This document shows, one piece after another, positions 38,770-51,513 of a stretch of 64,000 nucleotides of DNA (position 1 is the stretch's first letter; each line of letters starts with the position of its first letter). The notes under the pieces are model-generated. The model was not told the origin of the DNA. It worked only from the letters and a program-made list of their open reading frames with translations, and did not search any database. A program made the translations under genes and the position numbers. Source of the stretch: Octopus sinensis (lineage: Eukaryota); contig NC_043008.1 in NCBI RefSeq assembly GCF_006345805.1, forward strand, positions 34,596,001 to 34,660,000, written 5' to 3'.

Positions 38770-39806
38770 TACACCACTCCTGGTAAAAAATGTAAATGAC
38801 CAACCTCATATACAGTATTAAACTTCTTACACAAGCTGTTTGCAGGATTTGGTATACCAGATATAATTGTCTCTGATAAAGGAACACAGTTTGTATTCTG
38901 TGAGTTTAAAACATTCTGCAAGATGTTCATGTTAGAACACAAAACTATAGCACCATACCACCCAAGATCAAATGGAAGGGCCGAATGGTTCGTGGACACT
39001 TTTAAGAGAGCTTTAAAGAAAGCTAATAAGGAAGCAATGGATGAGGCTGTGATCCAACAATTCTTAAGGGTATACAGGGTAATTCTGAACCCAAATGTGC
39101 CAGAGGGAAGTTCAGCAGTAGAATTAATGTTTGCCAGAAAGGCGAAGTCAGTATTCAATAAACTGTTACCAGTAAAGAAAAAAATATCTGTTAGTAAAGA
39201 CATGCAAAAATTCTTTAGAATAGGTGATAAAACATATGTAAGAATGTACAAAGATAGCAAGCAATACTGGGAAGGAGAAATTGTAACATATATAGGAAGA
39301 ATTATGTATGGTGTAAGAAGCAGAAATGGAATGGAAAGGAGACATAGAAATCAGCTTAACAAAAGAGTCATAGAAAAGGAACCAACAGGAGTAAAATACC
39401 AATGGATTGACTATATGACACTTTTCAGGTTCCAACACTGTTACAAGAAGTCGAAACCATATGTACAAGGAAAAGGAAGAACACTGAATTCCTAAAAGTA
39501 GACCTTAAGAAGAAAAGATATTGAGTATATATATATATAAAAAAAAGTAGATAGAGTGTATAAGAGAAATTGATTGTTAATAAAAAAAAATTAAAAGGGG
39601 TGATGTATAGTGAAATTGTACATCTCTCCCATTAAAAAGTGGTAGGAGACAACCATTATAAATAGACCAGTTGCTGGTTGACATGAGAAGGTCAGAAAGG
39701 TCAAGTGTATGTGTAGACCACGTTGATAATCATGTCTGTGCTGATATAGTTATTATATTGTGATACTGAGTAGACGTTATAACGATCCAACCTTTTGAGG
39801 ATAACA
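38770..39806 (+). mobile_element. Ty3/Gypsy 3' fragment: integrase, PPT and 206-bp 3' LTR (39601-39806)
   Basis: FGIPDIIVSDKGTQF; APYHPRSNGRAEWFVDTFKRAL; FRIGDKTYVR...RRHRNQL; PPT TTAAAAGGGG at 39591-39600; LTR shares CTCTCCCA, TATAAATA and GAGT-GAC-TT-TAAC-ATCC with the 1283-1488 LTR. Confidence 0.92.
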
Positions 39807-40099
39807 CTGTATGACTGGGGGTTGCACAATATCAGGTAGAAACATTCTATCGACGACTTCGGAATATAACAATATCTGTCAGAGTGACAACTGTCGTCAA
39901 AAGACAAATACAACAGTGGCAAAAGACTGCTTTACAACAAGTGCAGTAAAAAACTGAGCAACAGATCTTCAAAGAAGAAGCATCCCCACCCCTCACACAA
40001 GTGATTTTCTCCCATAACTCCTTACACTCTAAGGGATCCAGGCCACATCCAAGTCATGAATCCAGGATACTACTCTGCATTGCAACCCACCTTGATGAC

Positions 40100-40480
40100 T
40101 AAATCAAGGACACCAGGTGACTGTATGGTAAATTATGCCTTCTGAAATTTGTTTCCATTCCACTTTGACCAGATCTCAGCTGCTTCATAACATCATATGC
40201 AGATTTGTCCACAAACTCTCTTGCACTCAACTCTGTGGTTAGAACTTTGGTTTTGAAGCCAGATTCTGTAATACTTTTCTGTCTTTTAGGTGCTGGTTTC
40301 CTCCTTTCAACATTTATATGGCACAGTGAGTTCAATCAGAATCACTTTGTTTTGATGAAAGTGAAGTGTTCAATAATACACTACACCCAGACCAACTTGT
40401 GCCTGAAGTTGGATTATGTTTGCACTTATCAGACAAAAACTCCCTGCAAAATCTATTCATGAAGCTTTAAAGTCTTGGGG
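40100..40480 (-). mobile_element. Hero/NeSL-like non-LTR element, restriction-like endonuclease remnant
   Basis: NKVILIELTVPY and GFKTKVLTTELSAREFVDKSAYDVMKQL resemble the ELTVPWE...EVG-RGF motifs. Confidence 0.65.
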
Positions 40481-40574
40481 ATATAGCAGAAGGTTTGAAA
40501 TTTAGGAAAAACACACAAGGGAGATAACTTCAGAATGACCCCAGTGCTTATTTTTTAAATCTGGTATTTATTCT

Positions 40575-40900
40575 GTTGATTTTTTTTTTTGTTGAACTGC
40601 TAAGTTACTGGGACATAAACAAACCAATACTGGTCATCGAGTAGTAGGTGGGGATCAAATACAACATAAACACACATACATATATAGATATATACACGTA
40701 TATATATGCATATATCTATATAGATATATACATATACATACATACATTTGTGTGAGTGTGTGTGTGTGATAGTCTTCTTTCAATTTCTGAAGCCTCAATG
40801 TCTTGGGACTATAGTAGAAGGTGCCATGCAGTGGGACTGAACCCAGAACCATATGGTTGAGAAGCAAACATTATTACCACACAGCCATGCCTGCACCTAA
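40575..40900 (-). mobile_element. SINE family A, old and deleted
   Basis: Similarity to other family A copies. Confidence 0.75.
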
Positions 40901-41299
40901 AGACAACTAGTGGAAAAGAAAATTAGTATGTTCAGCTCTTACTGTATGTGAATAAAAATAACCACCATATTCAGTCCTTCCTCCCCTGAGCTTTCACCCC
41001 CTGGTATTCTCTTCCTGCCCATGTTTTACTCACAGCCATCATCTTTCAGTTGTTCAAAAAGAGGAACATTGATAACATTGATCTCAGTCTCAGAAGATCC
41101 AAGAAAGCTAAGGACATTGCACTACCTCCTTTTCCTCTTCCTCCTTTTCCTCTCCTTCATCCTCTTTATATGTGTTTATGTTTCCATGTCTGTTTGTGTA
41201 TGTGTGTGCATATTTTCTGTATCTGTCTCACTATAACCTCTCATCATCAGGCACAAGATCACCTCCACCAATGCCCCTTCCCCTCTCAAAAGATTTTTG

Positions 41300-41622
41300 T
41301 CTTGTAAGTTACTTGATAACCTTTTCAGTGCAGGGGCCACTTAAAAAGCATCCAGTCCACACTGTAAAATGGTTGGCACTTGGAAGGGCATCCAGCTGTA
41401 AAAACCTTGCCAAAACTGACTTTGTCTGTGTTTGTGCCACATAAAAATCACTAAGTCCACTCTGCTGAGTGGTTGGTATTAGGAAGGGCATCCAGCTGTA
41501 AAAATCCTGCCAAAACAGTCACAGAAGTCTGGTGCAGGCTTCTGACTGGCTGGCTCCTGTCAAACTGTCCCACCCATGCCAGCATGGAAGGCAGACATTT
41601 AATGATGATGATGATGATGATA
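41300..41622 (+). mobile_element. RTE 3'-tail element with an internally duplicated body
   Basis: GGTTGG..T.GGAAGGGCATCCAGCTGTAAAAA.C.TGCCAAAAC occurs twice. Confidence 0.75.
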
Positions 41623-43019
41623 CATGCCTGAGTACATGTACATTCACATGCATGTGTGTGTCTGTGTGTATGAGCAGGACCGGATCTAAACCATGGGGGT
41701 GGGGGGTACTTCAAGCTTGGTGGGTCCCTTATGCACAAAAATTAAAATTTTAGAAAATTACCAAATTTAAATCTCAGACCCCATCTATTTCATGTAATTG
41801 AATTTGATGAGTTAGCAGAGAAAGTTTAAATAAATGACTGAAAATGTTACTTTATAGATACACTTCAAAATTCAAATTTCTTTTTTCCCACAGCCACTTG
41901 AGGTGTTTGACTTTTTCTTTATTGTGAAAAGTACAACAAAGTGGGAAAGAAAGGGTAAGATAGTTTTCTTTTACTGCGAGTTACAAATGTTTCAGAATGT
42001 GGGATAAGATCAAATGACAGAAAATTATGACAAAGAATAAAAAGTCATTTTTGTGGTTGTTGCTATTCTAAAAGCATGATGTGTGTGTATGTGTGCACGG
42101 ATTTTAAAAATTCTTCTTTTAAAACAGCTTCTCTTCATTGTTTTGCAATGTGTGAAAAAAAATGTGGGGGGGAAATCCCAACACAAAATGGAAAATTCAA
42201 ATAGCTATTTCTGGAAGTCTGCTTTTACAGTTTCCAATAGGGATAGGTGGTCACAATGAGTAATATTTACTGCATTTTGGACTTTGAAGAAACATATTTT
42301 TCACTACCTTGCCAAAACTACACCAGCTAAGTAAAGACCTTCTCTAAATGCTGTAAAGCCTATAACATATTCAGAACACTTTCAGAAAATTATCACTGTT
42401 CTCTTTAAGCATATAAAAGATAAATTTAGGCGGGGCAAAATGGGTTAGACAAGACAAAGTAAATTTGCTTCTCCAGTACATCAGAATTACATTTGAGAAA
42501 AGACTTATACACATAAACATCCATCCTTAGACATCAGATAGATCAAAAGTGCAACAAAAATTTTTAATATTTTGGTCAAATGAAAGAGGATTGTGGAAGA
42601 AAAGCACATGACATGAAATTAATGAAACACAACTAAATCTAAAAATTCAACATAAAATATTCTCTATAGCTTCTTCACAATCTGCTGGAGTAGCTTTCTT
42701 CCATAATTATTCGTGTTCCATGCAGTTAAAGAGAAATAATTACTAAAATGAGTCATTACTCATTTTGCCTGATACAGACATTTTTTTTTTTTTAACTTGA
42801 AGATTATCAAATTAGACATTAGCTTGGGGGAAAAAACTGATTTAGAATCAAACTGAGAAAAGAATATTGATGGTTAAACACCAAAAATTATCCAGATATT
42901 CTATTAGCAATCTCAATTACAATCGGGTCAAATTTGAAGAAAAATTTCTTGAGAAAACGTACCTGTTACCTGTGTTTCAAATTCTCAAATTAATCAACAA
43001 CTATGTAAACTATACTCAC

Positions 43020-43031
43020 CAATTTTTACTC
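43020..43031 (-). other. Candidate 12-nt microexon of an unidentified host gene
   Basis: tttgcatcatctttag|GAGTAAAAATTG|gtgagt; about 90-nt AG-free zone with CTAAT, a pyrimidine tract and three TGC upstream. Confidence 0.35.
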
Positions 43032-43426
43032 CTAAAGATGATGCAAACGTACAAAATGGGGATGCAATCATTGCAATGTAATGGTTTCAAACAGGTAGGG
43101 AGAAAATGACAAGAAATTAGAAATTATTCCTTTTGATTCAGTTACCAACTTTGCCCCACTTCCATATAGTAATTTCAAGTGTTTGACAGAATGATGAAAA
43201 ATATAGGAAAAAAGAAGAAAGAAAAATGGTTTGATTTAATTAAAAACATTTGAATATAAATGCAATAATTCTAAAACCGAAAAAGAATGCCTTTAGCTGT
43301 TGAGAGATATAATTTTGCAATTAAAACTAAATTCAAAATTTAAATTTTGGGATATTTCTTTCCTTACTTGTTTCATAAAATAAGACCAGTTCCCAATGCC
43401 TCCCTGAAATAAGTTTAGAAACAGAA

Positions 43427-43427
<1 letters not shown>

Positions 43428-43515
<88 letters not shown>

Positions 43516-43670
43516 TGTGTGTGTGTATGTGTGTGTGTGTGCCTTTAATTGTGATTAGTCAAGCCAAGGTAGTTGTTCAGTGATGCATTGAAAGAAGGAA
43601 TCTGACCAAGAGACATTAATAATTCTTTCTCTCAATCTCTTTATCTTTATATACATTCATGCATTCATAC

Positions 43671-43744
<74 letters not shown>

Positions 43745-43745
43745 T
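43428..43745. repeat. (TG)n and (CA)n/(CATA)n microsatellites
   Basis: Direct reading. Confidence 0.95.
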
Positions 43746-44059
43746 TTCAGGAGTCTCCCTTCCTTTTCTCTGTCGTTGTCCCTTGGGAATTGTAAATTGC
43801 TTTGGGGGTGGAAATGAATTAATTGATGTCTCTAAGGTGGCGAAAGCTATGTTTATTTGTCATAAAAAAAAGAATCCATTACATTTTTTAAGAAGTCAAA
43901 ATATCTTTGCATATTGAAAGAGGGCCTCTTCATGCCTGATTTCTGGGAGGTGGGGGTCAACCTTTATTGAGTCCTACATTCCTTTCGTAGCAGGAGACTC
44001 ACAGTGCCATCAGATGCTCAGAGTAATTGCCCCCTCCACACTCCTATAAATTCAGCCCT

Positions 44060-44640
44060 GTGTGTGAGTGTGTGTACGCTTACATGTGTGTGTCTGCATG
44101 TGTGTGTTCATGCGCATGTGTATGTTTACTTTTATGCCTGCATTGCCTGTGTATGAGTGTGTGTTTATGTCTGTGTGTATATTCGTGTTTCCATGTCTAG
44201 ATGTGTATGATGTACATGTTTCTATGTATATGTGTGCATCCTTGTTTCTAAGTCTGTGTGTATTTGTGTTTCAATATCTATGGATGTTTGTATGTCTATA
44301 TCAGCATGTGTATTTGTATTTCACTGTCTGTGCATGTGTCTGAATATGTTCCTATGTTTATGTGTATGTATTTGTGTTTCCATGTGTATGTATGAGTATA
44401 TCAATGTTTCTTTGTCAATGATTCTATATGTATATGTACTGTGTGTATCTATATTTCTATACCTGTGCATGTATATATGTTTCTAAGTATGTGTGTGTAT
44501 CTGACCATTTATGTTTATATGTCTGTATGTATTTCTATGTCTGTAGATGTATCTGTCCTTTTGTATCTGCACGTGTCATCACATGTGTGTTCCTATATCA
44601 ATGCATGTTTGTATGTTTACATATTTATATGCACAGTTCT
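44060..44640. repeat. Cryptically simple TG/TA-rich tract
   Basis: Degenerate TGTGTATG-like periodicity. Confidence 0.85.
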
Positions 44641-44999
44641 CATTTGAAATGACATTATTGGAAATTGAAGAGTCTTATCACCATTATCATTATTATTATT
44701 ATTATTATTTTTAGCTTGTTATTTTCATCAGAAATTTCATTTTATAATATTATATAAATTTTATGTACAATTTATGCCATTTGAAAAATATTATCTTCAT
44801 ATTAAATATTTGTGAATTTCAAATAGAAATTAAATTTGCTTCTAAATCTTTCACTTCCCAAATCAATTACATCAAACACATACACACATAAACACACATG
44901 CACACATGCACATACACACACCTCAATATGTTGTATGAGTACAAACAAAAGAAAATAAAACTCAAAGCATGTTGTGGGAGTTTTGTAAGAGGATTAGCC

Positions 45000-45770
45000 A
45001 GTCCTACATTACTCAAAGATTTTTGTACTTATAGATAACAGGTGAATTTATCAGATGTCTAGGGCCATAGTGAGGACAAATAGAAATAGCTTTTAAGTGA
45101 GACTATTAAGGGCCCCTATTGATCAGATCAATTGACTAAATAAACTAGAAAAACAATTATAACAGATAACCCTATTTATGGTTGTAGGTGGTGGAGAGGA
45201 CAGTCTAACAAAGCCAGCTAGTTTATTACCCAAAGGATTTGCTATTTTAATGATGCCTGGTAGGGATGGGAAGGAACTGAATGGAACATACCTTTGTTCT
45301 ATGTGATGAGGTAACTGGTCAAGTGATGTCTGATTACATATAAGTATAATAGTGTGCCTGGAAAATCATGTTACTGATTCATGTATTGTGCATAAGTGTG
45401 TTTGATATAATTGTAGTTGGGTGTTAGCAGTAGAAGGCTGCATAGGTGATACACAGAAATGGAATAATCTCCCTTTGGGTAAGCAAAGGTTGTTTACTAT
45501 ACAATTGCATATAGGTCAGCAAGAATCAAAGTAGTCTTTCCAGGATGTTTATAGCTAATGGTTTGAAGTTAATTAACCTGGTATTTCTTTGTTGGCAACG
45601 GTACAATCAAACGGCTTTTGTAACTGGTGGATATGACATGCTATTGTAGGGAGTATAGTTCTTCATGGAATTAGAGTTGATAATTATGAGCCCCAGGGGA
45701 GAAAGGATGCTCCCTGTTATGTTGAGGAAATCATTTCTTTAGTTACAGATTCTCATCTCCAGATGAAGTG
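45000..45770 (-). mobile_element. Old LINE RT N-terminal remnant (I/Jockey-like)
   Basis: SPGAHN (SPGPD-like), ISTSYKSRLIVPLPTK, NFKPLAINILERLL (YRPISL..K.LERL-like); many stops. Confidence 0.4.
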
Positions 45771-46419
45771 AGAGAAGGTGTGTGTGTGTGTCTAAGATAT
45801 TTGAATGCATGTATGTGTTATGTGTGTGTGTATGTATGTATGTGTGTGAGTGTGTGTGCGCGTGTGTGTGTGTGTTCAGAGAGGGAGAGAACGAGAGATC
45901 CATATAATAAGAGAGAGGAAAACCATTTCAGTTGATTATGACTTGCCCATCTTTTTCTATGTGCTATAAAACCAGGACTACATTGCCTGATGTGTCCTTT
46001 TCTAAGAAAACATACTGTGAAGCAATGAAGATTTTGCTGCTATTTTTCTGGCAAATCAAGAATGACTTCCAATATAGGTCTATGCTTACTTGGGCAACAA
46101 CAACTAAACAAGCAGCCAAGAATTATACATTCTGAACATCAAACTAACAGATGTGTACACTGGCAAAAACATTTGCATGCAAACAGGCAAACACTTGATA
46201 CTTTTTTTACCCAACACTCATCAAATGTCTATACCATGACAGTGATCGTTTTGACGTACGTCAACCAATGTTTTTGATATTCAACTGTTCTCCAAGTTCA
46301 CTTATTCTATTGTTCATGTAGGTTAACATTACACATCCAGTTAGTGATGGCATCAAACAGGGCAGTATGCTAGGCCTACTAATTATGTCAGGCCAACCAT
46401 TTGCAATTCACCAACTTCA

Positions 46420-46805
46420 GGAGTGGCTGTGTGGTAAGTAGCTTGCTTACCAACCACATGATTCCGGGTTCAGTCCCACTGCATGGCACCTTGGGCAGGT
46501 GTCTTCTACTATAGCCTCAGGCCGACCAAAGCCTTGTGAGTGGATTTGGTAGACAGAAACTGAAAGAAGACTTATATGTATATATATGTGTGTGTGTTTG
46601 TGCGTCTGTGTTTTCCCCCCCAACATCGCTTGACAACCGATGCTGGTGTGTTTACATCCCCGTAACTTAGCGGTTCGGCAAAAGAGACCAATAGAATAAG
46701 TACTAGGCATACAAAGACTAAGTCCTGGGGTTGATTTGCTCGACTGAAGGCGATGCTCCAGCATGGCCACAGTCTAATGACTGAAACAAGTAAAAGAGAA
46801 AAGAG
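46420..46805 (+). mobile_element. SINE family A
   Basis: Full-length similarity to other family A copies. Confidence 0.9.
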
Positions 46806-47434
46806 AGAGTATCATTTCTATGTCTGCTTTTCTAGCCTGGCATGTACTGGATGGGTATTTTTAGGCTGTATTTTACGACCAAATGCCCTTTATAAATCTA
46901 AAGCTTTTAGTCATCTCTAACTAAGAGATGGAGAACATTCTACAAAAGAAAAGTATACATAGTTCTAAAATATTATTGAAGGTTATTTAAAAGATTTAGA
47001 TATAGTTTACTTTTCAATGTATCTAGTTTCAAATATCAGATATCAAAAAGAAATATAATTTGACAAGTACATCTGAAGTGATATAACCACAATGCAATGA
47101 ATGTATTGATTAAATATTGAAAATTTCTCTTTTCAGATTAGTGTTTACACGTAGATGGATAAAATGTTAGTTTTGCTATTTACAGTTATGTGAGAAAGAT
47201 GTAACACAACTTGATTTTTATTTCTCTCCTGGTTAAGTAAACTTTTATTTAACTTTGTGTTTAACTTTCTGCCTAACCTTTCAGCACTTTCCTCCTGCTC
47301 CTTCTCTGTTCAGCTCTTACTCTCTTATTTATCTACAGAGTGTGAGAGATATTTGAGGACAAATTTAGTAGTATAGTAAAACAAATTTAATTTAGCAAAA
47401 ACTTGATATATTTTGATAGAAATTTGTGGTTTAT

Positions 47435-47597
47435 ACATGCAGGAGTGGCTGTGTGGCAAGAAGCTTGCTTCCCAACCATGTGGTTTCAGGTCCAATCCCA
47501 CCTCATGGCACCTTGGGCAAGTGTCTTCTACTGCAGCCTCAGGCCTACCAAAGCCTTGTGAGTGGATTTAGTAGACAGAAACTGAAAGAAGCCTATC

Positions 47598-47631
<34 letters not shown>

Positions 47632-47998
47632 AATAAATTACAAAATGGGATGAGAACGCAAAACATCTGGACAGCTAGGTGATACAAAAGGGGACAACAA
47701 AACATCCAGATAAACGATACAAAAAAACATGGACAGGCCATTCAAAGCCTTTTATATCTTCAGTCAAGAACCGGATCATCCTCGCAATTTCGGCTATATA
47801 TATGTAGGTATTTGTTTGTTCCCTCCCCACCATCACTTGACAACTGATGTTGGTGTGTTTAGCGGTTCGGCAAAAGAGGTCAATAGAATAAGTACTAGGC
47901 TTACAAAGAATAAGTCCTGGGGTCAGTTTGTTCAACTAAAGGCAGTGTTCCAGCATGGCCGCAGTCAACTGACTGAAACAAGTAAAAGAATAAAAGAA
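47435..47998 (+). mobile_element. SINE family A with an unclassified about 160-bp insert (47635-47795) in its TA tract
   Basis: Family A halves are separated by AAATTACAAAATGGGA...GCAATTTCGGC, with TA runs on both sides. Confidence 0.85.
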
Positions 47999-48031
47999 AA
48001 AAAATGTTCTCAATAAGCTTTTTTTATAAGA

Positions 48032-49165
48032 TTATTCTATGAATCCACCTTCAGCTTTAAAGATTGCTTCAGTGCAGGATTAGAATCATTGACTTGCTTA
48101 CACTAAATGGTCCCTATTTATTTCAGACATTGGCTAGACTATGGTGGCCTTCAGTGAAGATATAGTATTGTGAGGATGTTTATTTGTCTCCCTTTCAAAA
48201 ACATTCTAAACATAGTAGCACATGGTATTTAAATCTGGTGAGTTTGGAGGCCTCAGGTTCAGTATTACATGACTGTAAAGATTATCTGACATCCATGCTT
48301 GGGTTATATGGGCTTTGTGAGAAAGTTCTGAGTCTTGCTGAAACATGTATGGCTTTCTACTGCTTATTTCATCTATCGCAGGCTTAACAACTGATTCAAG
48401 CACCTCAATGTACCCAGTAGCATTAATTCTAAGACCTTGTGGGAAAATGTGTGGCAGAAAAACATAACCTTCAGTACTCATCACCTCTAAAACCATTACA
48501 GTTGCTAGGAAGCTAGTGTGCCTCACTGTTGGAGCATCAGAAGGATCCACACATAACCATCTGTTATTTCTCCTGTAAGACTTTTTTGTCTTGGTTGAAG
48601 TTTTTTCTCATCAAAGAATAACCAAAGCATGCCACGTTTGTGAGTAACCACTCTGCATAACCATTTGTTAATTGACCACTTGGCATAGATCAAATGATTT
48701 TCCTATGTCTTTGCAGACAAAAACTGGTCTCTTTTCTGTATATACAACTTATATCAAATATGCTCTAGTATACCGACACCTTAAGTTTTTTGCTGGTGGT
48801 CTTCATCACTTTTCCAGAATCATCAGTGATAATTTTTTGAATCTGTTGAATAAATTGCAGTACCATTATAGTGTCTGAATGTTTACAATGTTTTTCCCTC
48901 TTTGATACATTTGAGACATTTTTGTTGGAGGCTTCCAATTCCATTTGGACTCTGTGTACAAAAGATCTTGCAACAATTACAAAGCTGACAATTTGTGTTC
49001 TTCAACCATGGCAACAATGACTTTTAAACATGTCTTTTTATTTCTTGTGTTATCATTTTAACTGCCATGGAAGATATGAAGGAAATAAAATCCTTTTAAT
49101 TGATCTGAAGGGAGTAATATACTGACAATCAAGTGTCCTCAAATACCCTTGGCACTCTGTAAAGT
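48032..49165 (-). pseudogene. Decayed DD37D (maT-like) Tc1/mariner transposase
   Basis: WLFFDEK-NFNQDKK..RRNNRWLC; VMVLEVMSTEG..PHIFPQGLRINA; FQQDSELSHKA..TQAW; PPNSPDLN..YYV; AEGGFIE* (stop at 48032-48034). Confidence 0.9.
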
Positions 49166-49209
49166 AACCCTATCTGCAACTTTTATATAAATTCTGCTAC
49201 ATACCAAAC

Positions 49210-49490
49210 TTTACATTTGGCAGGATGATATTTTATGGGCAACTATGAAGACATTTAACACGGGGCAAAAGTAGCTGTTTGTCAAGGCAACTAGGGGAGT
49301 ACTTGGACGATGCACCATTAGATAGTGTTTCTATACCACCATAATAGCTTGTCAGGGTTGCATCTTCTCCCCTACTTCCTTCAATGTCTTTCTGAAGTAT
49401 GTTATGAGTGATGATCTTGAAGACCAGGTGGACAGGTCAGTATCAGTGGAAGGAACATCACAAGCTTAAGCTTGATTTACTGCATCACTT
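49210..49490 (+). mobile_element. RTE (BovB-like) RT fragment
   Basis: LWATMKTFN; CQGCIFSPTSFNVFL..M.D.LED; VSISGRNITSL. Confidence 0.7.
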
Positions 49491-49564
49491 AACAAAATAA
49501 GATTGTTTAAAAATTGGCCTTTACAGAATTAACTTTCTGCTACCACTAGTAATTTTTATATTTT

Positions 49565-49980
49565 TTTTTATTTCTTTCAGTCATTTGACTGTGGCCATGC
49601 TGGAGCACCGCCTTTAGTCGAGCAAATCGACCCCAAGACTTATTCTTAGTAAGCCTAGTACTTATTCTATCGGTCTCTTTTGCCGAACCGCTAAGTTACA
49701 GGGACGTAAACACACCAGCATCGGTTGCCAAACGATGTTTGGGGACAAACAGACACACAAACATATACACACACATACATACATACTTATGTAAATATAT
49801 ATACACATACATATATACGACGGGCTTCTTTCAGTTTCCGTCTATCAAATCCACTCACAATGCTTTGGTCGGCCCGAGACTATAGTAGAAGACACTTGCT
49901 GAAGGTGCCATGCAGTGGGACTGAACCCGGAACCATGTGGTTGGTAAGCAAGCTACTTACCACACAGGTACTCCTATGCC
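49565..49980 (-). mobile_element. SINE family A
   Basis: Full-length similarity to other family A copies. Confidence 0.9.
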
Positions 49981-50369
49981 TATGAGAAACATAGAAACCT
50001 AAACTAATGTTTATGTTTTTTTACTGTTTGATGGAATGTCAGTTTGGCTCTCTGTCCATCTGGATTTACAGAAAAGTTGGCAGGCTAGAGTTATTTTCTT
50101 TTACTTGTTTCAGTCACAGGATTGTGGCCATGTTGGGGTACTGCTCTGAAGGGTTTAGTTGAGCAAATTGACTTTTTAAAGTCTGGTACTTATTCTACTG
50201 GTCATTTTTGCTGAACTTTAAAGTTATGGGGACATAAACAAACCAATACTGGGTGTCATTACAGCTTATAAACTTCGCACACTTTCAAAAGTCTTACCCT
50301 TTCTTCTTTTATCAAGCCAAAGTCATAGTCTTCCCACATACCTTTGAATCAATTCAAATAAACAACCTA

Positions 50370-50549
50370 TTGTAGGAGTGGCTGTGTGGTAAGTAGCTTG
50401 CTTACCAACCACATGGTTCTGGGTTCAGTCCCACTGCGTGGCATCTTGGGCAAGTGTCTTCTACTATAACCTCGGGCCGACCAAAGCCTTGAGAGTGGAT
50501 TTGGTAGATGGAAACTGAAAACAGCCCATCGTATATATATATATGTATG

Positions 50550-50584
<35 letters not shown>

Positions 50585-50795
50585 TTGTGTGTGTGTGTTT
50601 GTCCCCCCAACATCGCTTGACAACCGATGCTGGTGTGTTTACGTCCCTGTAACTTAGTGGTTCGGCAAGAGAGACTGATAAAATAAGTTCTAGGCTTACA
50701 AAGAATAAGTCCTGGGATCGATTTGCACGACTGAAGGCGGTGCTCCAGCATGGCCACAGTCAAATGACTGAAACAAGTAAAAGAGTAAAAGAGTA
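50370..50795 (+). mobile_element. SINE family A
   Basis: Full-length similarity; partial minus copy at 50095-50260. Confidence 0.9.
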
Positions 50796-50893
50796 ATTCA
50801 AATAAATGAATGATAAAATTAGCCATAACAGACAACAAGAGGACAGGCATAACAAATGTGTTAGTTTGACACTCAGTAAAAGGAGAGAGGTTT

Positions 50894-50922
50894 TGACGTT
50901 TCAAGCATTGCTCTTTGTCAAA
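50894..50922 (-). ncRNA. Decayed minimal hammerhead ribozyme
   Basis: Minus strand TTGACAA-AGAGC-AAT-GCTT-GAAA-CGTC-A versus CUGANGA-stem II-GAAA-CGUC; GUC cleavage triplet retained, core mutated. Confidence 0.65.
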
Positions 50923-51469
50923 CAGGAGAAAAGGGAAAGTGCAAAGAAGGAAACGCAATCACCAACAGCATGTGTGTTGTTACATGGCTTTGAATCAAGC
51001 CTACTATTTTTTACAATTCAATCGGTAGGAGCTTCCATTATATTCCTACTTTATTTGATGTAGTTCCCTCTATAACCCCTGTAACTTGTCTTTCACATTG
51101 ACAAATATAACTTTTACAATGTATATCAATAACCAAAACATTGTAATTCTATCCCTGCTTTTTTCCTTTCATTCTCTCTCTCTCTGTCTCTCTTTTTCTC
51201 TCAACCACTGTCTACATTCTTAATTCCATAATTATTGTTTTTCTTTCAAAAACATTACAACATTACATTGATTCTCTTTTTTTCTTCTTTTTATCGTCAA
51301 TTTGGACATCTTTGGATACCTGCTCTTCACATTCTACACACATATCAAATTGCTTTTTCCATTTCTTTCTTCCTAAATTAATATTAGCAGTCTGAAGGTT
51401 AATTGGCTGAGAAGAATAAGAATAATGAAATTACCATTCTTCTTATGTAGTCACAGTACATCATTTCAC

Positions 51470-51472
51470 TTA

Positions 51473-51513
<41 letters not shown>

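Noticed and set aside
38634-39260. 208-aa minus-strand ORF (and the 148-aa ORF at 1728-2174)
   Set aside because: Antisense shadows of Gypsy integrase coding sequence
41894-41954. Plus-strand exon candidate (PLEVFDFFFIVKSTTKWERK) with good splice sites
   Set aside because: No recognisable protein and it does not chain in phase with the 47137 candidate; kept as a measure of false-positive splice patterns
47137-47165. Plus-strand 29-nt exon candidate (LVFTRRWIK)
   Set aside because: Splice sites only, no other support
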